This document shows, one piece after another, positions 55,244-64,000 of a stretch of DNA of 64,000 bases (the stretch's first letter is position 1; each line of letters starts with the position of its first letter). The notes beneath the pieces were generated by a model. That model made no database searches and was not told where the DNA came from. It saw nothing but the letters and a program-made list of their open reading frames with translations. Source of the stretch: Calditrichia bacterium (GTDB lineage: Bacteria > Calditrichota > Calditrichia > RBG-13-44-9 > J075); assembly GCA_050633245.1 (NCBI GenBank), contig JBOEGD010000018.1, positions 96,001 to 160,000 on the forward strand, given 5' to 3'. A program made the translations under genes and the position numbers.

Positions 55244-57688
55244 ATGAAGTACAACTATATTGCGATAATGCTTCTGTCATTGCTGTTGTTCTCTGCCGAT
55301 CTAATGGCTCAGCAGGAACGCAGCGGAAATCGTAGCAGACGTGGTGGTGCCATAACAGGTAAAACTCTCGACGCCGCGAGCGGCAATCCAATAGAGTATG
55401 CTGAAATAATTCTTTTTAGCGTGCGTGATAGTTCACAAGTAACCGGGACAATAACCGGCTCTGATGGAAAGTTTGACCTTAGACCCATTCGCCCTGGTCG
55501 ATACGAGGTTGAGATTTTTTTTCTGGGCTATAAAACCCAGCGTATCGCTGATGTTCGAGTAAATCGCAACACTCCATTGGCCGACTTGGGATCGATTCGG
55601 TTATCTCCAACTGCAATCGCCTCAGAGGCTGTTGAAGTAGAAGGACGTCGGGCATCGGTATCTTATCAGATTGATAAAAAGGTGATAAGCGTTGATGAAA
55701 ACCAAACCGCTATATCGGGTAGTGCTGTTGATGTATTGGAAAACGTACCATCAGTTACTGTAGATATCGACGGAAATGTCAGCATGCGCGGCAGCAGCAA
55801 TTTTCGTGTTCTTATAGATGGTCGGCCAACAATTCTTGATGCCAATGATGCCCTTCAGCAAATCCCTGCGACGAGCATTGAGAATATCGAGCTAATTACC
55901 AATCCTTCTGCAAAGTACGACCCGGAGGGTACCGCTGGTATTATCAACATCGTCATGCGTCAAAACCGCAGTGGTTCACGCGGTGGACTCGTTAACTTAA
56001 ATGCAGGATTGAATGACAAATACGGTGCGGATGTGCTATACGAATGGAAAACCAGCAAGTTCAGCACTACCTTTGGTGCTAATTACCGCCGCCGTTTTTC
56101 GATAGCAGATGATTTTGAACGCAATCTAACAACAACTAATGCGATAACCTCTACCGTGCTGTCTGAAGGAGAATCGACTCGCGGTCGGCTTGGCTATGGA
56201 TTTCGTGGTGCCTTTGCTTACGAACCGACAAAAAATCGCTATTTCTCTGTAAATGTGAGAGTAGGGGAGCGTGGGGGAGAGCGTGAGGCCGATTCGGAAT
56301 ACAGCGAGCAGATTGATAGTAATACTCCGCTGAGTTTTCGCAGTATAACCTCCAGTGATCGTGCCGGCCTATATTATGACATCAACTTAAGTGCCGAACA
56401 ACGCTTTACCGGTAAAGACCACAAGCTTGTTGCCAGCGCGCAGTTTAGTGAGCGCGATATGGATGAAGAAACAATCAATGAACTGCGTAATGAAAATGGG
56501 GTGGCAACAGAGGGACAGCGTTCCACTGAATTTGGTCCCGGAAAACGTTTACGTGCCAAGCTGGACTACACGCGTCCGGTTGGCAATAAGCATCAATTTC
56601 AATCGGGCTATCAGCTTGAACGAGGTAATGCACTTGACAATACCGAGCTATACCAGTTAAATCCGGCAAATGGCATCTACGAAATTCAAGACGAGTTCAC
56701 GAATCTCACCGATTACACGCGAACCATCCAGGCGGCGTATGCCATCTATGGTGGTGAATGGAATAAGTTGGGCTATCAGGCAGGACTCCGTGCAGAATAT
56801 ACCGATCGGGTTGTGAAGTTTGATGAGGCTGGCAATAGCAGCTTTGCGGTTGACCGCACCGATTTATTTCCGAGCATTCACACCTCCTACCAACTGCCAG
56901 CAGGCCAACAAATGATGGCAAGTTATTCACGCCGCATCGAACGTCCGCGCGGATGGTACTTAGAACCGTTTGTCACCTATGTGGACGCGTTTAATGTGCG
57001 CAGTGGTAACCCGGATTTGTTACCGGAATACATTGACTCGTTTGAACTCGGCTTCCAAACATTTTTTGGACAAAACGTATTCTCTGCAGAGACGTATTAT
57101 CGGATCGGGGAAAATCGAATTGAACGAGTGCGTTCAGTGTTTGATGAGAACGTTACGCTTAGGCGTCCCGAAAACGTCGGTACAGATTATTCGCTTGGAA
57201 CCGAGCTGATGCTAAATATGGACCTGCACCGAAAATGGAATCTAAACCTGATGAGCAATATTTACAATTATCGAATTGAAGGTGATCTACTCGGTAGTCC
57301 CTTTGAGCGCGAGAGTAATAATTGGAACATCCGATTTAACAATTCATTGCGTGTAAATCGTGATCTTCAAATTCAGGCGAATGTTGGTTATAATAGCGAT
57401 ACCGTTTCATCTCAGGGCCGCCGTGAGGGGTTTGTGTCAACCAGCATGGCTGTAAAGCATAGTTTTATGAAACAAAAACTAAGCCTAACTTTGCAGTTGC
57501 GGAATCTTTTAGGGACCGAAAAATATGAGCAGGTTTCTGAAGGACCTGGTTTCTCGACTTTTCGAACATCCGAGCGTGAGAGCCCTTCCGTAATGCTGAA
57601 TTTACGTTATAATCTGAACAACTACCGTGCTGATCGCGAGCGCCAACGCTCTGGTGGTGGCGATAGCGGTGGTGATGATGAACTATAG
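55244..57688 (+). CDS. TonB-dependent receptor (outer-membrane beta-barrel family)
   Basis: IDKKV, DVLENVPSVTVD, IELITNPSAKYDPEGTAGIINI, SYSRRIERP, GNPDLLPE. Confidence 0.92.
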   Translation: MKYNYIAIMLLSLLLFSADLMAQQERSGNRSRRGGAITGKTLDAASGNPIEYAEIILFSVRDSSQVTGTITGSDGKFDLRPIRPGRYEVEIFFLGYKTQRIADVRVNRNTPLADLGSIRLSPTAIASEAVEVEGRRASVSYQIDKKVISVDENQTAISGSAVDVLENVPSVTVDIDGNVSMRGSSNFRVLIDGRPTILDANDALQQIPATSIENIELITNPSAKYDPEGTAGIINIVMRQNRSGSRGGLVNLNAGLNDKYGADVLYEWKTSKFSTTFGANYRRRFSIADDFERNLTTTNAITSTVLSEGESTRGRLGYGFRGAFAYEPTKNRYFSVNVRVGERGGEREADSEYSEQIDSNTPLSFRSITSSDRAGLYYDINLSAEQRFTGKDHKLVASAQFSERDMDEETINELRNENGVATEGQRSTEFGPGKRLRAKLDYTRPVGNKHQFQSGYQLERGNALDNTELYQLNPANGIYEIQDEFTNLTDYTRTIQAAYAIYGGEWNKLGYQAGLRAEYTDRVVKFDEAGNSSFAVDRTDLFPSIHTSYQLPAGQQMMASYSRRIERPRGWYLEPFVTYVDAFNVRSGNPDLLPEYIDSFELGFQTFFGQNVFSAETYYRIGENRIERVRSVFDENVTLRRPENVGTDYSLGTELMLNMDLHRKWNLNLMSNIYNYRIEGDLLGSPFERESNNWNIRFNNSLRVNRDLQIQANVGYNSDTVSSQGRREGFVSTSMAVKHSFMKQKLSLTLQLRNLLGTEKYEQVSEGPGFSTFRTSERESPSVMLNLRYNLNNYRADRERQRSGGGDSGGDDEL

Positions 57689-57740
57689 GCGCTTTATATA
57701 ATTCTCATCAAACTTCATCAACTTTATACAATCTTATCAC

Positions 57741-57767
57741 GCCCGGCTTAATGCCGGGTTTTTTTTT
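57741..57767 (+). terminator. Intrinsic terminator
   Basis: GCCCGGC-ttaat-GCCGGGT followed by a T-run. Confidence 0.8.
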
Positions 57768-57786
57768 ACCAAAAACATGGCGGGAT

Positions 57787-57813
57787 TTAAGTAAATAGTG
57801 ATTTTACCGAAAA
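57787..57813 (+). promoter_or_regulatory. Candidate sigma28 (FliA) promoter of flagellin
   Basis: TTAA-N15-ACCGAAAA versus consensus TAAA-N15-GCCGATAA. Confidence 0.55.
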
Positions 57814-57892
57814 AAAGATCAAACGAGGTTACTCTAATGACTGTTTGGAAAAATTGAATACCGGACACACACACACAACACGGAGGTTTTAA

Positions 57893-58711
57893 ATGTCTAT
57901 CTCAAGAATTTCAGCCAATATTCAGGCGATGCGCGCGCTGAACTCCTTTAACCAGGTGAACGATCGTCTTGGTATGCACCAAGAGCGACTATCTACCGGT
58001 CGGCGTATTAACTCGACTGGTGATGACCCAGCCGGTTATCAGTTGGCGAAGAAGCTTGAAGGTCGTCGTCGCGGCTTGTCAGTAGCGATGGACAACGTTG
58101 CAAATGCTCAGAACGTATTGAGTATTGCTGAAGGTGGTTATCAGAATATCATGGATATTCTTCAGACGGTTAAAGAAAAAACGCTTCAAGCCGCTGATGG
58201 ACTTCCCGATTCCAATGCGCGTAATGCTCTGAATGATCAGGTGAGTGCTTTGCTTGCTGAGATCGATGATATTGTTGGTGAGACTACACTTAACGGCAAT
58301 GTTCTTATTGATGGTACCTATACATCAAGTTTTCAGACTGGTGAAACGGCAAGCGATCAGTTGGGCGTTACGCTTCAGGATGCAGACTCTGCAGCTCTGG
58401 GAATCAGCTCTATTTCCCTGGCCTCCCAGGCGAGTGCATCTGCAGCAATATCTACCATTACTACGGCAATTACTACGCTGTCTCAACGAACCCAGGATGT
58501 GGGTGAGTACATGCTTCGTTTGAAGTCTAAAGAACGGACGCTTGGAACGGCGATTTCCAACACGGAAAGTATTCGTAGTACCATCGAAGACGCTGACTTT
58601 GCGAAGGAACAGATGGAAGTGCTGAAACTGCAGATTATGCAGCAGACGTCGATCTCATCTTTGGCCCAGGCCAATAGTTCGCCGCAGTCGATACTTTCAC
58701 TCTTCGGTTAA
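57893..58711 (+). CDS. fliC: Flagellin (short, essentially D0/D1 only)
   Basis: ERLSTGRRINSTGDDPAG, N-terminal flagellin helices, IEDADFAKE, LAQANSSPQSILSLF. Confidence 0.95.
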   Translation: MSISRISANIQAMRALNSFNQVNDRLGMHQERLSTGRRINSTGDDPAGYQLAKKLEGRRRGLSVAMDNVANAQNVLSIAEGGYQNIMDILQTVKEKTLQAADGLPDSNARNALNDQVSALLAEIDDIVGETTLNGNVLIDGTYTSSFQTGETASDQLGVTLQDADSAALGISSISLASQASASAAISTITTAITTLSQRTQDVGEYMLRLKSKERTLGTAISNTESIRSTIEDADFAKEQMEVLKLQIMQQTSISSLAQANSSPQSILSLFG

Positions 58712-58730
58712 TCGGGAACGCAACTATAGC

Positions 58731-58764
58731 TCATCGGGGCGATGGTTAACCATTACCCCGATGA
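58731..58764 (+). terminator. Stem-loop after fliC
   Basis: TCATCGGGG-cgATGGTTAACCATta-CCCCGATGA. Confidence 0.6.
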
Positions 58765-58789
58765 CATTTAACAAAGAAGGTCATAATGC

Positions 58790-59116
58790 ATGGAAGCTCA
58801 AGTTAAGCAGTATCAAAAAAAACAAGTCGATCCCTATCTGAAGCAGAAGATAATGTCTGCAACTCCCGAGCAGCTTACAGCCATTGCCCTGGATATTGCG
58901 ATCTCAGCCTGCTATCAAAAAGATACGGTCAAGGTCAATAGTGTAATATCCGAGTTGATTACCACACTGGATTTTGAGCAGGGAGAGGTAGCACAGACTT
59001 TTTTTGAGCTCTACCGATTTATTCGACGTTGTGTCTATAAGAAGCAGATGGATATAGCTGTCGATATGTTAAAAGAAATTCGCGATGCCTGGAATAAAGC
59101 CATGAAGATCGTCTGA
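58790..59116 (+). CDS. fliS: Flagellin export chaperone FliS
   Basis: YLKQKIMSATPEQL, ELITTLDFEQGEVA..LY, EIRDAW. Confidence 0.85.
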   Translation: MEAQVKQYQKKQVDPYLKQKIMSATPEQLTAIALDIAISACYQKDTVKVNSVISELITTLDFEQGEVAQTFFELYRFIRRCVYKKQMDIAVDMLKEIRDAWNKAMKIV

Positions 59117-59126
59117 GGGAGTAGAT

Positions 59127-60602
59127 ATGGATATTTCATCAATTTTTAGTTCACGAGATTCAATTGAATTTTTGGTTAGTCAGTATATGTCTCTTGAAGA
59201 GCAACCGAGAAACGAATTACTAGCTGATCGAGCGTATTTAGATACTCGAAAATCGGTACTTTCAGAGTTGGATTCGCGCTTATCGACCTTGCAAAACAAA
59301 GCAGAGCGTCTAAACGATACGGTTTTTGATTATTTTGCTGCCAAGAAGGCTGCAACAAGTGACTCAGAAAAGTTTACCGTATCTGCTGCATCTGCTGCAT
59401 CTGTTGGAAACCATTCGCTTTCAGTTGAAAGGTTGGCCATATCAGACACCCGGGTCTCGAATCAATTTACAGATAGTGACACGAGTTTTTCCGGCTTTTC
59501 CGGTGATCAGACCTTCACAATTGAAGTTGCGCATCCAACGGATGCTGACCCGGATTATCGTGAGCAGATTAGTGTGACTGTTGAGGCCGCTGTTTTTAGT
59601 CAAAGCGATGACGATGTGATCGCTGCAGTAGCCAATGCAATTGACGCGGCAATGGATGCGGCTGTTACAGCCGGAACAATTGATAACAATGAAGTTGTTC
59701 AGGCATCCGTTGTCTCTGAGGAGAGCGGTAAGAGTCGTCTTGTGCTTCGTAGCGATCAGGCCGGGTTTGCAAATAGAATTGTATTTGGAAGCAGCAGTTT
59801 GTTGGACACGCTGGGAGTCAATACTAATGCCCAGTCTTCCGGCGCTTCAGGTGGCTATATTACCGATCCCGGAACAAGCGCGTCAGACAGCCTCCTGAAC
59901 AGCAAGTTTACCTTGGATGGTCTGACGTTCTATCGCGACACAAACAATATTACTGACGCCGTTGACGGGGTAACTATTCGTCTGCGGGATGTTTTCACCA
60001 GTCAGGAAACAATTACAGTGAGTGCAGATACTGGTGCGGTAAAAGCAGAGCTTGATTCATTCCTCGAATCGTACAATGAAGTTGTAGACTACCTTCGCCA
60101 AGGCACTCTGGAGCCAGGTGCAAATGGCCGGCGTGGTGTTTTTGCAGATGATGTGATTTATCGAAGTATGTTGACCGACTTACGTGGAATAATGTCCGGC
60201 GTAGTCGGTACTACGCTAACATCGAGCTATGATCGGCTTTACAATATCGGGATTGAGGCAGACTCTGACGGCAAGCTCTCATTTAAGGACACAGATAAGT
60301 TGAATGCTGCTCTTGAAACGAATTCTGAATTTGCCGCAGACTTATTCAATTCTGAGGATGGAATTGCTCAGGCTCTTGATGGGTTTATTGACAAGTACGT
60401 AAAAGCCGGTGGAACCATTACAGAGAGTAAACAGGGGATTGATACGCAAATCCAATCACTTGATAGCCGAATTGGTTTGCTGGACGAGCTATTAATAAGA
60501 AGAGAAACTCAATTGCGCGATGAATTCGCCGAACTGCAGTCCGTAATGACTCGTTTGAATGACCAACAGGCTTTTCTCGGTACTATATTAGCATCATTCT
60601 AA
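59127..60602 (+). CDS. fliD: Flagellar filament cap FliD
   Basis: HSLSVERLA, FTLDGLTFYRDTNNITDAVDGVTI, FLESYNEV, IGIEADSDGKL, C-terminal coiled coil. Confidence 0.92.
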   Translation: MDISSIFSSRDSIEFLVSQYMSLEEQPRNELLADRAYLDTRKSVLSELDSRLSTLQNKAERLNDTVFDYFAAKKAATSDSEKFTVSAASAASVGNHSLSVERLAISDTRVSNQFTDSDTSFSGFSGDQTFTIEVAHPTDADPDYREQISVTVEAAVFSQSDDDVIAAVANAIDAAMDAAVTAGTIDNNEVVQASVVSEESGKSRLVLRSDQAGFANRIVFGSSSLLDTLGVNTNAQSSGASGGYITDPGTSASDSLLNSKFTLDGLTFYRDTNNITDAVDGVTIRLRDVFTSQETITVSADTGAVKAELDSFLESYNEVVDYLRQGTLEPGANGRRGVFADDVIYRSMLTDLRGIMSGVVGTTLTSSYDRLYNIGIEADSDGKLSFKDTDKLNAALETNSEFAADLFNSEDGIAQALDGFIDKYVKAGGTITESKQGIDTQIQSLDSRIGLLDELLIRRETQLRDEFAELQSVMTRLNDQQAFLGTILASF

Positions 60603-60653
60603 TGGCAAAATCCTTCTTCAGCTGCCTGAAGAGATAACTCTTGTCAGAACCAG

Positions 60654-61037
60654 ATGAAAGGAATTCTTATGAGTGACCCAATTTCGCCGGATATAAAAGT
60701 GCCACAGCGAACAGTGGAAGCAGTACAGCGGATTCAGAAAATCGAATTGAATACCGATGCGCAAAAAAGTGAAAAAGATGAAAACCCTACTTCCGCTGAG
60801 ACTAAGAAGGTGGTTATGGAAGTAGATTCAGAAGTAATTCTTCACAAGCTTGAAGAATTTGTAAAAGCGTTTAACACAAAAATCGTTTTTAAAGTAGATC
60901 CTGAAACAGGATCAAAAATTCAGGTGATGGAGAAAGAAACTGGTAAGCTTATTCGCCAAATTCCTCAGGAAGAGGTGCTCGAATTACGGAGCAAGATAGA
61001 TGATATAACAGGGATGCTGTTTAACAGGAGAATCTAA
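60654..61037 (+). CDS. flaG: FlaG family protein
   Basis: IVFKVDPETG..VMEKETGKLIRQIPQEEVL..GMLFN. Confidence 0.9.
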   Translation: MKGILMSDPISPDIKVPQRTVEAVQRIQKIELNTDAQKSEKDENPTSAETKKVVMEVDSEVILHKLEEFVKAFNTKIVFKVDPETGSKIQVMEKETGKLIRQIPQEEVLELRSKIDDITGMLFNRRI

Positions 61038-61469
61038 GTGGATTCAGTTGATGTAAAACGTAAAAGTGATATGATGCTTCAATTAAATGGTGAGCTGGAC
61101 AGTTTTCGCGAGTTGGTATCGTTCTCCGGCAAATGGCTGGAACGCATCGATTCTATGCCTCCGGGCGTTATGCAGGAAGTTCTGAATTACCGACAGGAAT
61201 GGATCAGCCGATTTGGAAACCGGAAAGATGATTGGGTGTCTCTTGCCAGGCAGGCAGGGGAAACATATGCTGCAAATTTCATTGCATCTATGACCAAGGC
61301 AGTAGCCGATTTACAGGTTATTGATGAGCAAATTTGCCACTGCCTTGAGGAAAGGCGTCTGAACTATTTGAACCAGATTTCCAGTTTTCAGCAAACGAAA
61401 CGTAAGAAAGTGGACGTAGATACACAACATTCTGTTCAGGGAAAGCGTGTAGATATTGTTCAGGAGTAA
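61038..61469 (+). CDS. Helical flagellar chaperone-like protein (FliT/FlgN-like)
   Basis: Position after flaG, all-helical, RQEWI and LQVIDEQI patterns. Confidence 0.45.
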   Translation: MDSVDVKRKSDMMLQLNGELDSFRELVSFSGKWLERIDSMPPGVMQEVLNYRQEWISRFGNRKDDWVSLARQAGETYAANFIASMTKAVADLQVIDEQICHCLEERRLNYLNQISSFQQTKRKKVDVDTQHSVQGKRVDIVQE

Positions 61470-61472
61470 GAA

Positions 61473-61844
61473 ATGGGACCACTAAAGAATATTACTTCTG
61501 CAGCGGGAGAGGTACAGAAAAGGGAGAATACCAAGGGTGGAGGTATTCGCCGTGAGCGCTTGAATTCAAGCGATAACAGCGGAAATAAGGGGTCTTCTAA
61601 AGGCGATAAGGCCGTGATCTCCGACAGTGCTCGTGAGATGCTGGATCTCAGAAACCGCGCATTCAAGTTATTTGACGCGCTGGAGCAATCTGGTGATGCT
61701 GCAAGCCCTCATCAATTGGACGCAATTCGAACCAATATCCTGGAACAAGTTTATCAGGGAGATGATCATCTCGATAAACTGGCAGATATGATTGGACAGT
61801 TTTTAGGTGGCGAAAGTGTTGATGGGAATGATACTGAACGATAG
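61473..61844 (+). CDS. FlgM-like anti-sigma28 factor
   Basis: Disordered N-terminus, GDKAVISDSARE, LDAIRTNILEQVY..DKLADMI. Confidence 0.55.
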   Translation: MGPLKNITSAAGEVQKRENTKGGGIRRERLNSSDNSGNKGSSKGDKAVISDSAREMLDLRNRAFKLFDALEQSGDAASPHQLDAIRTNILEQVYQGDDHLDKLADMIGQFLGGESVDGNDTER

Positions 61845-61867
61845 AGCTCTGAGGATTGTTTCTTTTA

Positions 61868-62704
61868 TTAACCGTCAATATACGGTGCCAGGCTATCATC
61901 TTTCCGGGCGTCAAACTCTTTTTGAACAATCGGAAAGTGCAGAATAAACTCACTACCTTCATCTCTCGCACTGTTGCATGTAATTTTTCCTCCGTTCTTT
62001 TCCATCAGATATTTAACCATAAATAGGCCAAGTCCACTACCGTTGCTGTGTTCAGCATGCGAGTAATGTGCGTTGAAAATAGACCTTAATTTTTCGGGAG
62101 CAATACCGCTGCCGCTATCCTTTACCGCAACACAAACGTACTCCGAAGGATGACTTTCTCGGAAATACTGGTTGGATTTTTTTCGATATGCCTTCAGATG
62201 AATGCCCCCATCAGCGCCCATCGCATCTCTGGCATTCAAAACAAGGTTTAGCAAAACCTGCTGAAAATGGGCGTGATGAAACCGTATCGCGGGTAGCTCA
62301 TCTTCTAAAGACAATCTTATAGAGAGGCTACCCGGCAAAAATCGTTTTACCAAATTGTGTACTTGGTGAATACTAGCCCGGACATCGATTGCCAGATCAT
62401 CGAAACTTGATGGTGAGGAGAACGAAAGCAGCTGCTCAATATATGCTGCACTGTCTTGTGAGGTAGTTACAATTAGCTCAAGAAGTTCGCGAAGTGGACT
62501 TTCATCATCAACAGAACGAAGCGAGCTTTCAGCAAGCGCACTTATCGCGGTAATTGTATTGCCGAAATCGTGAGCCACACCGGCTGTTAGTAATCCAATA
62601 GTGCTAAGTCTCTCTTTTTGCACAGCCTGATCGGTAAATTCTATTGCTGGTGTTGCAGTCGCGACAAAATTATTAGGGGCATGTTCGATCCATTTCTTAG
62701 TCAT
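61868..62704 (-). CDS. Sensor-less NtrB-type histidine kinase
   Basis: LTAGVAHDFGN, QVLLNLVLNARDAM, VKDSGSGI, GSGLGL. Confidence 0.85.
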   Translation of the reverse strand: MTKKWIEHAPNNFVATATPAIEFTDQAVQKERLSTIGLLTAGVAHDFGNTITAISALAESSLRSVDDESPLRELLELIVTTSQDSAAYIEQLLSFSSPSSFDDLAIDVRASIHQVHNLVKRFLPGSLSIRLSLEDELPAIRFHHAHFQQVLLNLVLNARDAMGADGGIHLKAYRKKSNQYFRESHPSEYVCVAVKDSGSGIAPEKLRSIFNAHYSHAEHSNGSGLGLFMVKYLMEKNGGKITCNSARDEGSEFILHFPIVQKEFDARKDDSLAPYIDG

Positions 62705-63185
62705 TTTTCTACCTGTCCCATATTTCGAATAAATATTAAGCTCATCTGCAAGTTTATAGAAGGATACCTTTTGCTTTAAGTTAAAGATGTTGGTTCAATA
62801 AGGAATAAATCGACTGATCTGTTTTTGTAATTTTATTCAGAACTATGGCCTGGTATGAAATAATGAGACGTATTCCCGGATATGAAAACTAAGGGGTGCT
62901 CTGCGTTTCAGAAATAGAATTTGCCCTGTTTCTCCCATGCTATCTAACTCCTGAATCAAGCTGAAAATATTGGATTTTCTGCAAAGATTATCGACACCAT
63001 TACCACCGACTTTAACAGAAAATAAACCTTCATCTGTTGCCCGAATTTGTCTAAACTCCGTGAAATTACCTGCCGATACTGAGCCTGAAAGCGAGACATC
63101 TTTAAACGATTTTTTTGACCAAAGCGTTTTGCTCTCGCACCAATAAATATCACATATCCACTTTTTTCAGACGGGTTGCTATAGC

Positions 63186-63686
63186 ATGAGCTTTAGGCAC
63201 ACACTTGTAGTTCTCGAAAAAGAAGCAAACACTATTCAGATTATTCGTGAACTTGCAGAAGCTGTAAACCTGGTACCCTATTTTATCCTGGGTGAACGCA
63301 AAGCAACAACACATTTTGCGAAATCAGAAATAGCTGCCATCATATTGAACGTAGATATTCCATTGAAAAACCCGGTTCAATTTGTCGAGCAATTTGCGGA
63401 CTTCAATACGAAACAGAAGAAATGGAGTATACCTGTTTTGTTAATTCATACGACACAGCAAAGTCGGGTATTAGCAGATTATCCAGCTTTTGAGTCAGCT
63501 AAAAAGATTCGCAAGCCTTTGATTATGGGGGATTTATGTTCTTTTGTCGAACAGGGGTTAGAGGCTGGTTGGAATCCCGAAGTTGAGAACTGGAGAAAAA
63601 AGCTGGAATACTATCAAAGTGAGTTAATCGAATTATCAACCTGGGCAGAAACACTAAACCCGCTCATCGATTATTTTGAAGGGTAA
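63186..63686 (+). CDS. Atypical receiver-like domain protein with a C-terminal helix
   Basis: REC-like order LVVLEK..AIILNVDIP..IPVLLI..IRKP, with Asn in place of the phospho-Asp. Confidence 0.5.
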   Translation: MSFRHTLVVLEKEANTIQIIRELAEAVNLVPYFILGERKATTHFAKSEIAAIILNVDIPLKNPVQFVEQFADFNTKQKKWSIPVLLIHTTQQSRVLADYPAFESAKKIRKPLIMGDLCSFVEQGLEAGWNPEVENWRKKLEYYQSELIELSTWAETLNPLIDYFEG

Positions 63687-63748
63687 GTCTTAAGTTGAAA
63701 CATCATAGAATATCACTGTCAACTGCTTCGCTAGAGCTTTTTGTCTAT

Positions 63749-64000
63749 ATGGATGGTGCTTTACTAATCGGACAATTGGTAAACGGGTTCGCCACCCCGA
63801 CCGAGCTAAAGCTTGGTCTTATGCGAAGTGGGTTTGCACATGGAATTGTGGAGGCTGGCATACAAGCGATAGGGAGTGGCTCTCGTTCCCAGCACGTACT
63901 TGCCAAAGCAGAGACGGTATTTAGCCCTGCTCAAGCCGACTACTTTGTTCAATCTGCTATGACCGAAAAACAAATGCAATCTGTCTGCGGTGAATTGCAA
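63749..64000 (+). CDS. Hypothetical protein, 3'-truncated by window edge (MDGALLIGQLVNGFATPTELKLG...)
   Basis: My own translation: ATG at 63749 is open for 84 codons to the window end. Not in the ORF track. Confidence 0.45.
   Translation, partial: MDGALLIGQLVNGFATPTELKLGLMRSGFAHGIVEAGIQAIGSGSRSQHVLAKAETVFSPAQADYFVQSAMTEKQMQSVCGELQ

Noticed and set aside
63806-64000. Minus-strand 64-aa ORF at the window end
   Set aside because: It has no recognisable features. The opposite-strand frame from ATG 63749 is open to the edge and looks more protein-like.
1-64000. rRNA/tRNA genes and the many 60-190 aa ORFs nested in or antisense to long genes
   Set aside because: No tRNA or rRNA signatures were recognised. 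The nested ORFs lack motifs and are explained as alternative-frame shadows.

Overview
A 64-kb window from a diderm, flagellated bacterium. Several secreted proteins end in a 'QNYPNPFNP' C-terminal sorting/FlgD-like domain, a pattern typical of Calditrichota/Ignavibacteriota/KSB1-type lineages (inferred, not determined). The centrepiece is an apparently complete ~20.5-kb thiopeptide (pyridine-forming RiPP) gene cluster at 17756-38218. It encodes a 56-aa precursor (leader ...GIPAFAA | core SCSSGPGLHSC | acidic tail VREEKPAPNDE), a TclM/TbtD-type [4+2] pyridine synthase, a split LanB dehydratase, two YcaO systems, two SagB oxidases, an ABC exporter and a TonB-dependent receptor with a TPR-like partner. 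A Tat-signal molybdenum hydroxylase (IorAB-like) is embedded in the operon. The precursor gene is enclosed by a ~28-bp long-range inverted repeat. Divergent from the cluster is a candidate two-component toxin: an aegerolysin-like protein plus a 1073-aa partner with a hydrophobic C-terminus. The rest of the window holds two-component systems, large secreted enzymes/adhesins, two more TonB-dependent receptors, a DUF3857 pair and a fliC-fliS-fliD-flaG-(fliT)-(flgM) flagellar cluster. All assignments come from motifs read by eye; no searches were run. Where an RBS supported it, start codons were moved from those in the ORF track.
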